Below the pieces are notes generated by a model. The model saw nothing but the letters and a program-made list of their open reading frames with translations. It was not told where the DNA came from and ran no database searches. DNA of 32,000 nt, taken from positions 4,290,001 through 4,322,000 of the forward strand of contig NC_009483.1 in NCBI RefSeq assembly GCF_000016745.1, read 5' to 3'. Each line of letters starts with the position of its first letter. Position 1 is the first letter of the stretch. Made by a program: the position numbers and the translations under genes. Source of the stretch: Geotalea uraniireducens Rf4 (lineage in GTDB: Bacteria; Desulfobacterota; Desulfuromonadia; Geobacterales; Geobacteraceae). Shown piece by piece: positions 6,745 to 18,066 of this stretch.

Positions 6745-6794
6745 GGGGCAGATCTTGTGTCTGCCCCATCATAGGGCAATCACAAGGATTGCCC
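6745..6794. repeat. Two adjacent GC-rich hairpins downstream of ppdK (REP-like / terminator)
   Basis: GGGGCAGA-tcttgtg-TCTGCCCC (6745-6767) and GGGCAATC-acaag-GATTGCCC (6774-6794). The loops are reverse complements of each other (cttgt / acaag). The first is preceded by GTA, giving GTAGGGGCA. Confidence 0.75.
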
Positions 6795-6807
6795 CCAGTT
6801 TACGTTC

Positions 6808-9468
<2,661 letters not shown>

Positions 9469-9698
9469 GTGCTTCCTCCTCTGTTTTTGCCGGCTTTGGC
9501 CGAAGTCAACTTCCTAAAAGATTGAGGTTGAATGCTCGATGAGCGAGGAATTTAAACCTCGATCCTCACCTTTTTTCCTCGGTCCTTAAAAAGCAGGAAC
9601 TTTTTCCATAGCCGGTTTTTTTATTTAGATTCAAATACCGTTAAGCTTTATTAAAAACTATTTAGTCTTATTCAAAGACGATTTAGCGATATTAAAAC

Positions 9699-9733
9699 AT
9701 AAAAAAAACCGCTTGCCTTTCGGCTAAGCGGTT
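9699..9733 (-). terminator. Rho-independent terminator of glyS (overlaps its stop codon)
   Basis: Minus strand reads AACCGCTTAGCC-GAAA-GGCAAGCGGTT followed by T8. Confidence 0.75.
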
Positions 9734-11790
9734 ATTTTTGCAAAGTCTGCAATGTCCCTGAACAGGCCCTTAATCTCTTGAAGCAGGGCCAGCCGGTTGT
9801 TCCTCACCCGTTCATCCTCGGCCATGACCATGACATTGTCGAAGAAGTCGTCGACCGCACCCTTGAGGGTGGCGATCTGCGTCAGGGCCGCAAGGTAGTC
9901 CCGCTCGGCGACCTTTGCCGCAACAGTGCCGGCAACACTATGGTAAGCCCGATGCAGCGTCCCTTCAGCGTCCTCTTCGAAGTCCAGTTCATTGACTCCC
10001 ACCACCACTACCGGGCCCTTGACGATGTTGCAGACTCGCTTGAAAGCCACTGCCAGCGGCTCAAAGTCGGGCCGCTTCTTGAATACGGCGAGGGCCTCGA
10101 TCTTGGCGGCAGTATCGACCAGATCGTCGAAAGAGACTGCCACCACCGCATCCACCACATCCGCAGGGAAACGGTCGGTCATCAGGTTGACGAAGCGGCC
10201 TTGAAAAAAGTCCATCACATCGCCGAAGACTTCCTCTTTCTTCCGGGTAAGTTTGCCTTCCAGCCGGGCAAGGGCTTTGGAAACCAGGGTTGTCAGCTGC
10301 AGGGCATACCCCTTGGCGACAATGATGTTGATGATCCCCAGTGCGGCACGGCGCAGTGCGTATGGGTCGGCGGAGCCGGTCGGGATCAGGCCGACGCTGA
10401 AGCAGCCGCAGATGGTGTCCAGCTTGTCGGCGATCGAGACGAAGGCGCCGATGTCCGAAGCAGGCAGTTCCCCCCCTGCCTGTGTAGGCAGGTAGTGCTC
10501 GGCGATGGCGTTCGCCACCCCCGGGTCGATTCCTTGCAGAAATGCGTACTCACGCCCCATGATCCCTTGAACCTCCGGGAATTCACCGACCATGCCCGTC
10601 ACCAGATCCGCCTTGCAGAGGGTGGCGGCTTGAGAAACCTTTTCCTTCAACCCGGGTTGGAGTTCCTCTGCAACCCCTTCGGCCAGTGCCCGGAACCTTT
10701 CCATCTTCTCATAGGAAGTGCCGAGCTTGGCTTGATAGAGGACGCTCTTCAGCGATTCGACCCGATTCTCCAGGGGGACCTTCTTGTCCTCGTCGAAAAA
10801 GAAGCGGGCGTCGGAAAGACGGGCGCGCAGCACCCGCTCATTCCCCTTCACCACCACGGACGGGTCCTCGGTGAGGGTGTTGTTAATGGTGATGAAACCG
10901 GGAAGGAGCTTGCCGTTGTCGTCCACCAGGGAGAAATAACGCTGGTGTTCGCGCATGGAGGTAATGAGCACTTCCCGCGGCACCACCAGGAATTCTGCAG
11001 AGAAGGTGCCGTGCACTGCGCTCGGGTACTCCACCAGATAGGTGACTTGCTCCAGCAGCCCTTCGTCCGGCAGGAGGCGCCCGCCGGCGGCCTTCGCCAC
11101 CCGGTGAATCTCGCGGCGGATAATCTCCTTCCGCTTGGCCGGGTCAGGTATGACGAAGTGCCGTTCGCACTCATCCAGATAGTGGGTGAAATCGCGCACC
11201 GGGAACGAAGTGTTGGCCATGAAGCGGTGGCCGCGGGACATGGTGCCGCTTTCGATGTTGCCGAAACTGAACGGCACGACGATGCCGTCGAACAGAGCCA
11301 CGATCCAGTGCACAGGGCGGGCGAAACGGACGTCCAGATCCCCCCAGCGCATGGATTTCTTGAACGATATATTGTTGATCAGGCGGGGAAGAATCTCGCC
11401 AAGGAGCCCGACAGTGGGGACACCGGTCTCTTTTTTCGTCACGGCGACGTATTCGCCCTTCTCGGTGACCACGATGCTGAGGGCGGAAGGTTCCACACCT
11501 TGCCCGCGGGCAAAGCCCTCCCCCGCTCTGGTCGGCGTGCCGTCCTCGTTGAAAGCAACCTTTTTCGCCGGCCCCATGGCGGTAATCTCCGCATCGGCCT
11601 GCTGCCCGGCCACCTGGCTTACCACCAGCGCCAGACGACGGGGCGTCGCCATGGCTTTCACCTCGCCGAAGGCGATTCGGGCGTTGTCCAGCTCTTTCCT
11701 GATCAGGCCTTCCATCTCGGCCATGGCCTTGGGAAGAAACCCGGCAGGAATCTCTTCGGTGCCAATTTCCAGGAACAGTTCTTTTGTCAT
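9724..11790 (-). CDS. glyS: Glycine--tRNA ligase beta subunit
   Basis: 688 aa. [18 protein letters not shown].. N-terminus and length are typical. The ATG overlaps the glyQ stop (TAATG). Confidence 0.95.
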   Translation of the reverse strand: MTKELFLEIGTEEIPAGFLPKAMAEMEGLIRKELDNARIAFGEVKAMATPRRLALVVSQVAGQQADAEITAMGPAKKVAFNEDGTPTRAGEGFARGQGVEPSALSIVVTEKGEYVAVTKKETGVPTVGLLGEILPRLINNISFKKSMRWGDLDVRFARPVHWIVALFDGIVVPFSFGNIESGTMSRGHRFMANTSFPVRDFTHYLDECERHFVIPDPAKRKEIIRREIHRVAKAAGGRLLPDEGLLEQVTYLVEYPSAVHGTFSAEFLVVPREVLITSMREHQRYFSLVDDNGKLLPGFITINNTLTEDPSVVVKGNERVLRARLSDARFFFDEDKKVPLENRVESLKSVLYQAKLGTSYEKMERFRALAEGVAEELQPGLKEKVSQAATLCKADLVTGMVGEFPEVQGIMGREYAFLQGIDPGVANAIAEHYLPTQAGGELPASDIGAFVSIADKLDTICGCFSVGLIPTGSADPYALRRAALGIINIIVAKGYALQLTTLVSKALARLEGKLTRKKEEVFGDVMDFFQGRFVNLMTDRFPADVVDAVVAVSFDDLVDTAAKIEALAVFKKRPDFEPLAVAFKRVCNIVKGPVVVVGVNELDFEEDAEGTLHRAYHSVAGTVAAKVAERDYLAALTQIATLKGAVDDFFDNVMVMAEDERVRNNRLALLQEIKGLFRDIADFAKITA

Positions 11791-12668
11791 TAGCGGCCTC
11801 CTTTCAAAAGCGGAAATCCAAGCCGCTCACGCATCTGCAAGTACCCCTCGGCACAAAGCTTCGCCACATTACGCACCTTGCCGATGTAGGAGGCACGCTC
11901 GGTAACGGAGATGGCGCCCCGCGCATCGAGCAGATTGAAGGTATGGGAGCATTTCATCACATAGTCGTAGGCGGGGAGCACCAGCCCCTTTTCCACCAGC
12001 CTGACGCACTCTTTTTCGTACATCCCGAACAACTGAAGAAGCATCTCCACGTCAGCTTCCTCAAAGTTATAAGTGGAAAATTCCACCTCGCTCTCATGGT
12101 GGATGTCGCCGTACCGCACCCCTTTTACCCATTCCAGGTCATAGACATTGTCCACCCCCTGCAGGTACATGGCGATCCGCTCGCAGCCGTAGGTGATCTC
12201 CGAGGAAACCGGCTTCAGGTCGATGCCGCCGGCCTGCTGGAAATAGGTGAACTGGGTGATCTCCATGCCGTCGAGCCAGACCTCCCAGCCAAGGCCCCAG
12301 GCCCCGAGTGTCGGTGACTCCCAGTCATCCTCGACGAAGCGGATGTCGTGCTGATTGGGGTTGATGCCGAAAGAGCGGAGGGAGTCGAGATAGAGGTCGA
12401 GGATATTCATGGGCGAAGGCTTCATGATGACCTGAAACTGGTAGTAGTGCTGAAGGCGGTTGGGATTCTCTCCGTAGCGCCCGTCGGTCGGCCGACGGGA
12501 CGGCTCAACGTAGGCAACGTTCCACGGCTCCGGGCCGAGCACACGCAGAAAGGTGGCAGGATTGAAGGTGCCGGCGCCCTTTTCGCAATCATAGGGCTGC
12601 TGTATAACGCATCCCTGCTTGGCCCAGTACCCCTGAAGGGAGAGAATCAGATCCTGAAAGGTCAACAC
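11790..12668 (-). CDS. glyQ: Glycine--tRNA ligase alpha subunit
   Basis: ..[26 protein letters not shown].. Start chosen at GTG 12668 (GAGGAGG 4 nt upstream), or TTG 12665. The longer listed ORF (to 12752) adds non-homologous residues. Confidence 0.93.
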   Translation of the reverse strand: MLTFQDLILSLQGYWAKQGCVIQQPYDCEKGAGTFNPATFLRVLGPEPWNVAYVEPSRRPTDGRYGENPNRLQHYYQFQVIMKPSPMNILDLYLDSLRSFGINPNQHDIRFVEDDWESPTLGAWGLGWEVWLDGMEITQFTYFQQAGGIDLKPVSSEITYGCERIAMYLQGVDNVYDLEWVKGVRYGDIHHESEVEFSTYNFEEADVEMLLQLFGMYEKECVRLVEKGLVLPAYDYVMKCSHTFNLLDARGAISVTERASYIGKVRNVAKLCAEGYLQMRERLGFPLLKGGR

Positions 12669-12720
12669 AGTACCTCCTCGGCATATGGAAATATCATTTT
12701 TATTCAGTGTAAACGCGGAT

Positions 12721-12749
12721 TTGATAAGGGTGAAAAAGCATACTATATA
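12721..12749 (+). promoter_or_regulatory. Near-consensus sigma70-type promoter TTGATA-N17-TATATA in the glyQ/mutM divergent region
   Basis: TTGATA at 12721-12726, a 17-nt spacer, TATATA at 12744-12749. The -10 is palindromic and could also serve glyQ on the other strand. Confidence 0.4.
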
Positions 12750-12993
12750 CAATCATTTAGCGGCCGTAGATTACAATTTATGGCACTGAGTGTCAAGGAT
12801 TATCGGCCCGGAATCGACACTGGCAGCGCAAGGCGATTGAAAATTCAGGGGAATTGGGGAGAAAGCGCATCTGCGGTTAACCGGGGTTTTCAGGTCAATG
12901 AGTATCCCATGTTGAGATTGGGCCACTTATGTGCTAGCCTTTCTCACTATTCGCAACTATCAGCCGTTCACCTTCTGCAGCCAAAAGGATGTT

Positions 12994-13809
12994 ATGCCTG
13001 AACTCCCTGAAGTTGAAACCACCCGTCGCGGCATTGCACCTTACCTGGTGGGAAAGCGTATCTGCCGGGTTACGGTTCGCACCGCCAAACTTCGCCTCCC
13101 CTTACAGCCGGATCTCGATTCCATTCTCTCCGGCCGGATCATTTCAGCGGTGGAGCGGCGAGGCAAGTACCTCCTCGTGCGCTTTACCGCCGGAACCCTT
13201 ATCCTCCACCTGGGGATGACCGGCAATCTGCGTCTGGTACAGGCGGATACGCCGCCAGGCAGGCACGATCATCTCGACCTTGTACTCAACAGCGGTCTTT
13301 GCCTGCGGTTAACCGATCCGCGCCGCTTCAGCACAATCGTCTGGACCCATGACGATCCCCTGCGCCACACGCTGCTGGCAAAGCACGGCCCCGAACCACT
13401 GACGGGCGACTTTTCCGGCGATTACCTCTACACGAAAAGCCGCGGCCGCAGGATAACTGTCAAGCAGTTCATCATGGACAGCCGGGTGCTGGCGGGAGTT
13501 GGAAACATCTATGCCTGCGAAGCGCTGTTTCGTGCCGGCATCCACCCTGAAACACCTGCCGGAGCCCTTTCTACAACACACTGTCTTCGGCTGGCCGATA
13601 CCATCAAAGAGGTGTTGACAGACGCCATCGCCAGCGGCGGCAGCACTCTTGGTGATTTCCTCGTCAGCGAAGGGAAACCGGGCTATTTTCCCATGAGTTT
13701 CTCCGTTTACGGCCGTAACGACGCCCCCTGTCCCGGCTGTGGCGCGCCGATCCGGCGCAGCCGACAGGGGGGAAGATCCACCTATTTCTGCGACAGATGC
13801 CAGCATTGA
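12994..13809 (+). CDS. mutM: Formamidopyrimidine-DNA glycosylase
   Basis: Starts MPELPEVETTRRG (catalytic Pro2). C-terminal zinc finger CPGCGAPI..YFCDRCQ. The internal ATG at 12994 is preferred over the listed 12931 start. Confidence 0.93.
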   Translation: MPELPEVETTRRGIAPYLVGKRICRVTVRTAKLRLPLQPDLDSILSGRIISAVERRGKYLLVRFTAGTLILHLGMTGNLRLVQADTPPGRHDHLDLVLNSGLCLRLTDPRRFSTIVWTHDDPLRHTLLAKHGPEPLTGDFSGDYLYTKSRGRRITVKQFIMDSRVLAGVGNIYACEALFRAGIHPETPAGALSTTHCLRLADTIKEVLTDAIASGGSTLGDFLVSEGKPGYFPMSFSVYGRNDAPCPGCGAPIRRSRQGGRSTYFCDRCQH

Positions 13810-13839
13810 ACGGCCTTATCTTGAGTTGCACCGGACGCA

Positions 13840-13872
13840 AAAAGGCGGCCGGGAAAACCCGCGCCGCCTTTT
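13840..13872. terminator. Bidirectional terminator between mutM and rplI
   Basis: AAAAGGCGGC..CGGGAAAACCCG..GCCGCCTTTT, with A-run and T-run on the two sides. Confidence 0.8.
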
Positions 13873-13905
13873 GTACTTCTCGCCGCACACCAGTGCGAAA
13901 ACTTA

Positions 13906-14349
13906 TTACGCCTTGGAAACGGTCACCTTAAGGGTGGCGTTTACCTCGGGATGAATCTTGACCGTAGCGGTAAACTCGCCCAGGTGCTTGATCGGCTCGG
14001 CCAGAATGATTTTCTTGCGGTCGATTTCAATCCCCTGTGCCTTCATCTGCTCAGCCAGTTCCATGTTGGTAACGGCGCCGAACAGCTTACCCTCTTCACC
14101 GGCCTGGTGGCTGAGGTTAAGCGCGAGACCCTCGATTTTTGCCGCAAGCACTCTTGCCTGTTCCAGCACCTTGTTCTTTTTGTATTCCAGGTGCTTTTTC
14201 GCATGGTCAAGTGCTTTGGCGTTCTTGGTGGTCGCTTCGAGAGCGAAACCCTTGGGAAGCAGGTAGTTTCTGGCATAACCGGGCGCCACCTTGACAATGT
14301 CACCGATGTGGCCGAGATTTTCAATGTTTTCCTTGAGAATTACTTTCAT
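13906..14349 (-). CDS. rplI: 50S ribosomal protein L9
   Basis: MKVILKENIENLGHIGDIVKVAPGYARNYLLPKGFA.. is a canonical L9 N-terminus. Confidence 0.97.
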   Translation of the reverse strand: MKVILKENIENLGHIGDIVKVAPGYARNYLLPKGFALEATTKNAKALDHAKKHLEYKKNKVLEQARVLAAKIEGLALNLSHQAGEEGKLFGAVTNMELAEQMKAQGIEIDRKKIILAEPIKHLGEFTATVKIHPEVNATLKVTVSKA

Positions 14350-14372
14350 GTCTGTTTCCTCCTAGCCTGAAT

Positions 14373-15317
14373 TTACAGGTTTTCCTTTTTTTTGGGGGTA
14401 CGGAAATCGCCCCATAAATCGAATATGCCGAGCACAGCAACCACCAGGGCAAGAAAGGGCTGTACTGCCAGCAGCAGGTAAAATATGAACCGGACAAAGC
14501 CCGGCACGACAAATCGGTTGAAGGAATGGGTAATTACCGCCATCCCCTGGATAAAATAAAGCGAAACAATGACGATCAGCAGGTTCAAAGCTGCCGGTGT
14601 GACCACGTCGTTGTCTACAAGCATGGCAAAACCGGCTGCAATAAGCACCCAGATCAATTGTTCCGGGTTTTTGAACCTGTTGAAGTCGCCAAGCACCAGC
14701 GACACTGAGTACCGAGATGCCAGTTTCCTGAGCAGGAGCAGGTTTAACCCGGCAACGATACTCAGTCCGACTGTCACAAGCGCCGGATATATCCGGCCGA
14801 TGAGGATTCCGGCCTGCTGCATCGCCTGCTGGAGCGTCTTGAGCTCATCCCCCTTGATGCCGGCTTTCTCATAAAGGGTTATGGTTTGCGTAATGCTCGC
14901 ATTTATTCCCTTTATTACCTGTGCATGCAGGTTTTGGCCCGACAAAATTCCATAAGCAGCGGCAACCGCCAGGATGACGACAAGGTTGATTGCCACGGTA
15001 TAGACGATTGATCGGGAGCCGCCTTTACCCCGCGAAAGGAATTCCGGCAGGGCAAGCGTCATCACCCCGCACTGCATCAAGTATATCGCCGTGGTCGCCG
15101 GATCAACAGCAACGGCCAGAAGCGCCGCGGTTGCTATAACAATGGCAACACCGGCAATCCTGCCGCTTTTCAGAGAATAGTAGACACCCGCTACGGGAGC
15201 CGCTACTCCCGGCAATATTCCGACGAGCGGCAAGGATATATAGGCAAGGAAGAGCGCCAGTGTCACGGCGCTCCCCTTCATTACGTCCAACGGCGTCCCC
15301 TGCACGGGAAACTTCAT
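14373..15317 (-). CDS. Polytopic membrane protein, DUF2232 (YybS-like)
   Basis: 314 aa with about 8 hydrophobic segments. Its position between rpsR and rplI mirrors yybS upstream of rplI in Firmicutes (from memory). Confidence 0.6.
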   Translation of the reverse strand: MKFPVQGTPLDVMKGSAVTLALFLAYISLPLVGILPGVAAPVAGVYYSLKSGRIAGVAIVIATAALLAVAVDPATTAIYLMQCGVMTLALPEFLSRGKGGSRSIVYTVAINLVVILAVAAAYGILSGQNLHAQVIKGINASITQTITLYEKAGIKGDELKTLQQAMQQAGILIGRIYPALVTVGLSIVAGLNLLLLRKLASRYSVSLVLGDFNRFKNPEQLIWVLIAAGFAMLVDNDVVTPAALNLLIVIVSLYFIQGMAVITHSFNRFVVPGFVRFIFYLLLAVQPFLALVVAVLGIFDLWGDFRTPKKKENL

Positions 15318-15332
15318 CGAGCAAGCCGCCTG

Positions 15333-15608
15333 TTATTGAGATGCATGGCTACCAGCGATGGGCAGCAATGCGATGTTTCTCGCACGTTTGATCGCCTCGG
15401 TGATTTCCCGCTGATGCTTTGCACAGTTACCGGAAATCCTTCTCGGGATGATCTTGCCACGCTCGCTGATGAAATAGCGAAGGGTGCGGGGATCCTTGTA
15501 ATCAATGCTTACCTGCTTATCCGCACAGAAGCGGCATACCTTGCGCCGCTGAAAAGGTCTCTTTTTCCGGGGACCGCTGCTTCTTTGGGGTGTTCTTTCG
15601 TCACTCAT
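15333..15608 (-). CDS. rpsR: 30S ribosomal protein S18
   Basis: ..[47 protein letters not shown].. Confidence 0.97.
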   Translation of the reverse strand: MSDERTPQRSSGPRKKRPFQRRKVCRFCADKQVSIDYKDPRTLRYFISERGKIIPRRISGNCAKHQREITEAIKRARNIALLPIAGSHASQ

Positions 15609-15612
15609 CTAT

Positions 15613-15999
15613 CTATTCCTCCACAGTTGTCGTTTCTACCTTGGTCTCTTCGGCGGACTCGACAGCCTCTTCCTCAGCGACTTTGGTAGGGATGGCGGCA
15701 GCAAGCGCAACCTCTTTCTCAAGCTTGACACTCTGGTATCTGATGACCTTGTCGTCAAGTCTCAGACGCCGCTCAAGCTCGGCAATGAGTGCTGAATCGC
15801 CGTCAAAACGGAGATAATAGTAGCGACCACGGGCAAACTTGTTGATCGGGTAAGCCAGCTTCCTCGGCCCCCAGTCTTCCAGCCTTTTGAAATCACCTTT
15901 CATGCTGGCGATAACATCCTGTACCTTGGTGGAAATGCCCTTCATTTCCTCTTCGCCAAGGTCGGGCTGGACGATAAAAATCGTCTCGTACATCCTCAT
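15613..15999 (-). CDS. rpsF: 30S ribosomal protein S6
   Basis: MRMYETIFIVQPDL.. with an acidic C-terminal tail. A 4-nt gap separates it from rpsR. Confidence 0.95.
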   Translation of the reverse strand: MRMYETIFIVQPDLGEEEMKGISTKVQDVIASMKGDFKRLEDWGPRKLAYPINKFARGRYYYLRFDGDSALIAELERRLRLDDKVIRYQSVKLEKEVALAAAIPTKVAEEEAVESAEETKVETTTVEE

Positions 16000-16087
16000 T
16001 GTTACTTCCTCCTCACGGTTTAGTTAGCCCCGGTCCAACCCGGAGCAAGGAGATACGGCCGGATGGCCGCTCTTTTGGAAAGAGGAA

Positions 16088-16116
16088 TTATTAGCATAGC
16101 TCAGCTACTTTTACAA
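16088..16116 (-). promoter_or_regulatory. Sigma70-type promoter for the rpsF operon (TTGTAA-N17-TAATAA)
   Basis: Minus strand reads TTGTAA aagtagctgagctatgc TAATAA. It leaves a ~80-nt structured leader (GGCC-atcc-GGCC, CCGG-gttgga-CCGG) that could be the S6:S18 autoregulatory leader. Confidence 0.5.
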
Positions 16117-16141
16117 GTGTTTTTCCAGATAATTTCCTGAT

Positions 16142-16167
16142 AAAAGGCGGACAGCTTCAACCCGCCT
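16142..16167 (-). terminator. Weak terminator-like hairpin just upstream of the rpsF promoter
   Basis: Minus strand reads AGGCGG-gttgaagctgt-CCGCCT followed by TTTATC. Confidence 0.35.
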
Positions 16168-16170
16168 GTA

Positions 16171-16295
16171 ATTCCAATTTCAAATCAAGGATGAAATCAA
16201 GGCGGCGAGGAGTGAGGCGACGAAGGCGTACAGATAGCACGTTGAGGAGCCGAAGACGAGCCAGCGAAGATAGCGCCTTGATTTGGAATTGGAAT
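16171..16295. repeat. Inverted-repeat-bounded element: 20-bp arms (19/20) around a ~85-bp purine-rich core
   Basis: ATTCCAATTTCAAATCAAGG (16171-16190) versus CCTTGATTTGGAATTGGAAT (16276-16295). A second partial left copy AAATCAAGGCG (16194-16204) pairs with CGCCTTGATTT (16274-16284). Confidence 0.85.
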
Positions 16296-16299
16296 AACG

Positions 16300-16341
16300 A
16301 CAAAAGCCGCTCAACCGGCTGACCCGGTGAACGGCTTTTGT
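16300..16341 (-). terminator. Terminator-like hairpin after ychF
   Basis: ACAAAAGCCG / CGGCTTTTGT 10-bp stem with a 22-nt loop that contains CCGG..CCGG. Confidence 0.55.
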
Positions 16342-16363
16342 TAAAACCTGCCCGTTTGTCAAG

Positions 16364-17458
16364 CTACACGTTGAAGCGGAAGTGCATCACGTCACCGTCC
16401 TGCACAACATACTCCTTCCCCTCCAGACGCATCAGACCTTTTTCCTTGGCCCCGGCCTCCCCGCCGGCAGCAATGAAATCATTGAAGGCTATCACCTCGG
16501 CGCGAATGAACCCTTTCTCAAAATCCGAGTGGATAACACCGGCCGCCTGGGGCGCCTTGGTCCCCCTGGTAATGGTCCAGGCGCGCACTTCCTTCACCCC
16601 GGCCGTAAAATAGGTGATCAGGCCAAGCAGTTCATAACCTGTACGGATCAACCGATCAAGGCCGGACTCCTTCAACCCCATTTCGGCAAGGAACGCCTGC
16701 TTCTCTTCCCCGGCAAGTTCGGAAATCTCCGCTTCTATCCTGCCGCAGATGGTGACGAGCTTTGCCCCTTCCGCTACGGCCAGTTCCCGGACCCGACCGA
16801 CAAACGGATGCGTCCCCTCCAGATCATCCTCGGCGACATTGGCAACGTAGAGGACCGGCTTGTCGGTCAAGAGGTGCAGTTCGCGCAGCAGAAGCTTTTC
16901 ATCATCGTTCTGGACGACATCCCGCGGTGATTTACCCTGCTCGACGGCGCTCTTCAGGCGCTGGTAGAAATCAGCCTCATCCTTGATCTTCTTGTCGCCG
17001 CTTTTGGCCAGTTTTTCCACCCGCACCAGCTTCTTTTCCACGCTGTCCAGATCAGCAAGGCCCAATTCGGTTTTGATCACCTCGATATCGCTCACCGGGT
17101 CGACACTGCCGCTGACATGGACGACGTTCTCGTCTTCAAAGCAGCGCACCACGTGGACAATGGCGTCTACCGAGCGAATATGACCAAGGAACTTGTTCCC
17201 CAACCCTTCCCCCTGACTCGCCCCCTTGACCAGACCGGCAATATCGAGGAATTCGATGGTTGTGGGGAGAATCCGTTCAGGCTTGACGATCACTGCCAGT
17301 TGTTTCATCCGCTCGTCCGGCACCTGAACGATGCCGACATTCGGGTCAATGGTGCAGAACGGATAATTGGCCGATTCAGCCCCGGCAGAAGTAAGCGCAT
17401 TAAAGATGGTGGACTTTCCCACGTTGGGAAGTCCGACTATGCCGCAGTTAAAACCCAT
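16364..17458 (-). CDS. ychF: Redox-regulated ATPase YchF
   Basis: [23 protein letters not shown].., 364 aa, C-terminal ..[10 protein letters not shown]. Confidence 0.97.
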   Translation of the reverse strand: MGFNCGIVGLPNVGKSTIFNALTSAGAESANYPFCTIDPNVGIVQVPDERMKQLAVIVKPERILPTTIEFLDIAGLVKGASQGEGLGNKFLGHIRSVDAIVHVVRCFEDENVVHVSGSVDPVSDIEVIKTELGLADLDSVEKKLVRVEKLAKSGDKKIKDEADFYQRLKSAVEQGKSPRDVVQNDDEKLLLRELHLLTDKPVLYVANVAEDDLEGTHPFVGRVRELAVAEGAKLVTICGRIEAEISELAGEEKQAFLAEMGLKESGLDRLIRTGYELLGLITYFTAGVKEVRAWTITRGTKAPQAAGVIHSDFEKGFIRAEVIAFNDFIAAGGEAGAKEKGLMRLEGKEYVVQDGDVMHFRFNV

Positions 17459-17469
17459 AATTCAATCCT

Positions 17470-18045
17470 TTAAAGCAGTTCTTTGTTGTTATAAAGACTC
17501 ATGGTCTTGGGAAGACCCTCCGTGATAAGCATCTCAAGAAGGTCGACAATCCCGTCCAGCAGCCGGGGAAGACCGATCATCTCTTCCGGCGAAAAATTAC
17601 TGAGCACATAGTTGACCACATCGCCATGAAGGGGACGTCCGATCCCCATCCGGACCCTTAAAAAGGCACCGCTCCCCAGTTCCTGGGAGAGGGAGCGGAG
17701 GCCGTTGTGACCGGCATGACCGCCTCCTGCCTTCAGCTTAACCCGACCAAAGGGAATATCGAGGTCGTCATGGATGACGATGAGATCTTCAACGGTAAGT
17801 TTGTGAAATCGGAGGGCTTCCGCGACGGAACGACCGGACAGATTCATGAAGGTCTGAGGTTTGAGGAGAATCAGGCGATCTCCCTGCCAGCTCCCCTCGC
17901 CACACAAGCCGGAGAAATTCTTTCTGGTAACAGTAATGCCGGTCAGATGCGAGAGTCGGTCTAAAACCATAAAACCCGCGTTGTGGCGGGTCCATTGGTA
18001 TTTTGGGCCGGGGTTCCCCAGCCCAACAATAAGTTTTACAGCCAT
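17470..18045 (-). CDS. pth: Peptidyl-tRNA hydrolase
   Basis: LIVGLGNPGPKYQWTRHNAGF.., HDDLD, GHNGLRS. Confidence 0.95.
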   Translation of the reverse strand: MAVKLIVGLGNPGPKYQWTRHNAGFMVLDRLSHLTGITVTRKNFSGLCGEGSWQGDRLILLKPQTFMNLSGRSVAEALRFHKLTVEDLIVIHDDLDIPFGRVKLKAGGGHAGHNGLRSLSQELGSGAFLRVRMGIGRPLHGDVVNYVLSNFSPEEMIGLPRLLDGIVDLLEMLITEGLPKTMSLYNNKELL

Positions 18046-18066
18046 ATATCACCAGACAAGGAACTT

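Noticed and set aside
9592-9608. A sigma54-like TGG-N-TGC motif on the minus strand (TGGAAAAAGTTCCTGCT) upstream of ppdK.
   Set aside because: The GG-to-GC spacing is 13 rather than 12, and the conserved flanking bases (TGGCAC / TTGCW) are absent.
9778-11793. 671-aa + strand ORF antisense to glyS. Similar long antisense ORFs occur at 6829..8241 and 8992..9525 (ppdK), 25510..26685 (topA), 27343..28188 (dprA), 5552..6490, 12348..13001, 17983..18747, 19170..20070 and 11186..12317.
   Set aside because: All lie opposite genes with unmistakable conserved products. They have Arg/Gly/Pro/His-rich low-complexity translations and no RBS, which is typical of GC-rich antisense frames lacking stops.
12669-12752. 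N-terminal extensions in the ORF track: glyQ to 12752, mutM from 12931, rplY to 18693, lipoprotein to 6418, carbonic anhydrase to 21602, trmFO to 24817 and U32 from 30438.
   Set aside because: The conserved protein N-termini and SD spacing support the internal starts. The extensions add non-homologous residues or overlap neighbouring terminators.
16000-16087. The rpsF leader as the described S6:S18-binding autoregulatory RNA.
   Set aside because: Not rejected outright, but I cannot verify the consensus from memory. Only generic small hairpins are visible, so it is left as a comment on the promoter feature.
16207-16279. Two ~36-nt degenerate direct repeats (GAGGAG...AGATAGC.C.TT), reminiscent of the 36-nt ToxI repeats of type III toxin-antitoxin systems.
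   Set aside because: There are only two copies, identity in the middle is poor, and no ToxN-like ORF follows.
16180-16362. A 60-aa minus-strand ORF with a hydrophobic C-terminus, considered as a possible type I toxin.
   Set aside because: It starts inside the ychF terminator hairpin and has no SD. The hydrophobic tail is the translation of the pyrimidine-rich strand of the repeat core.
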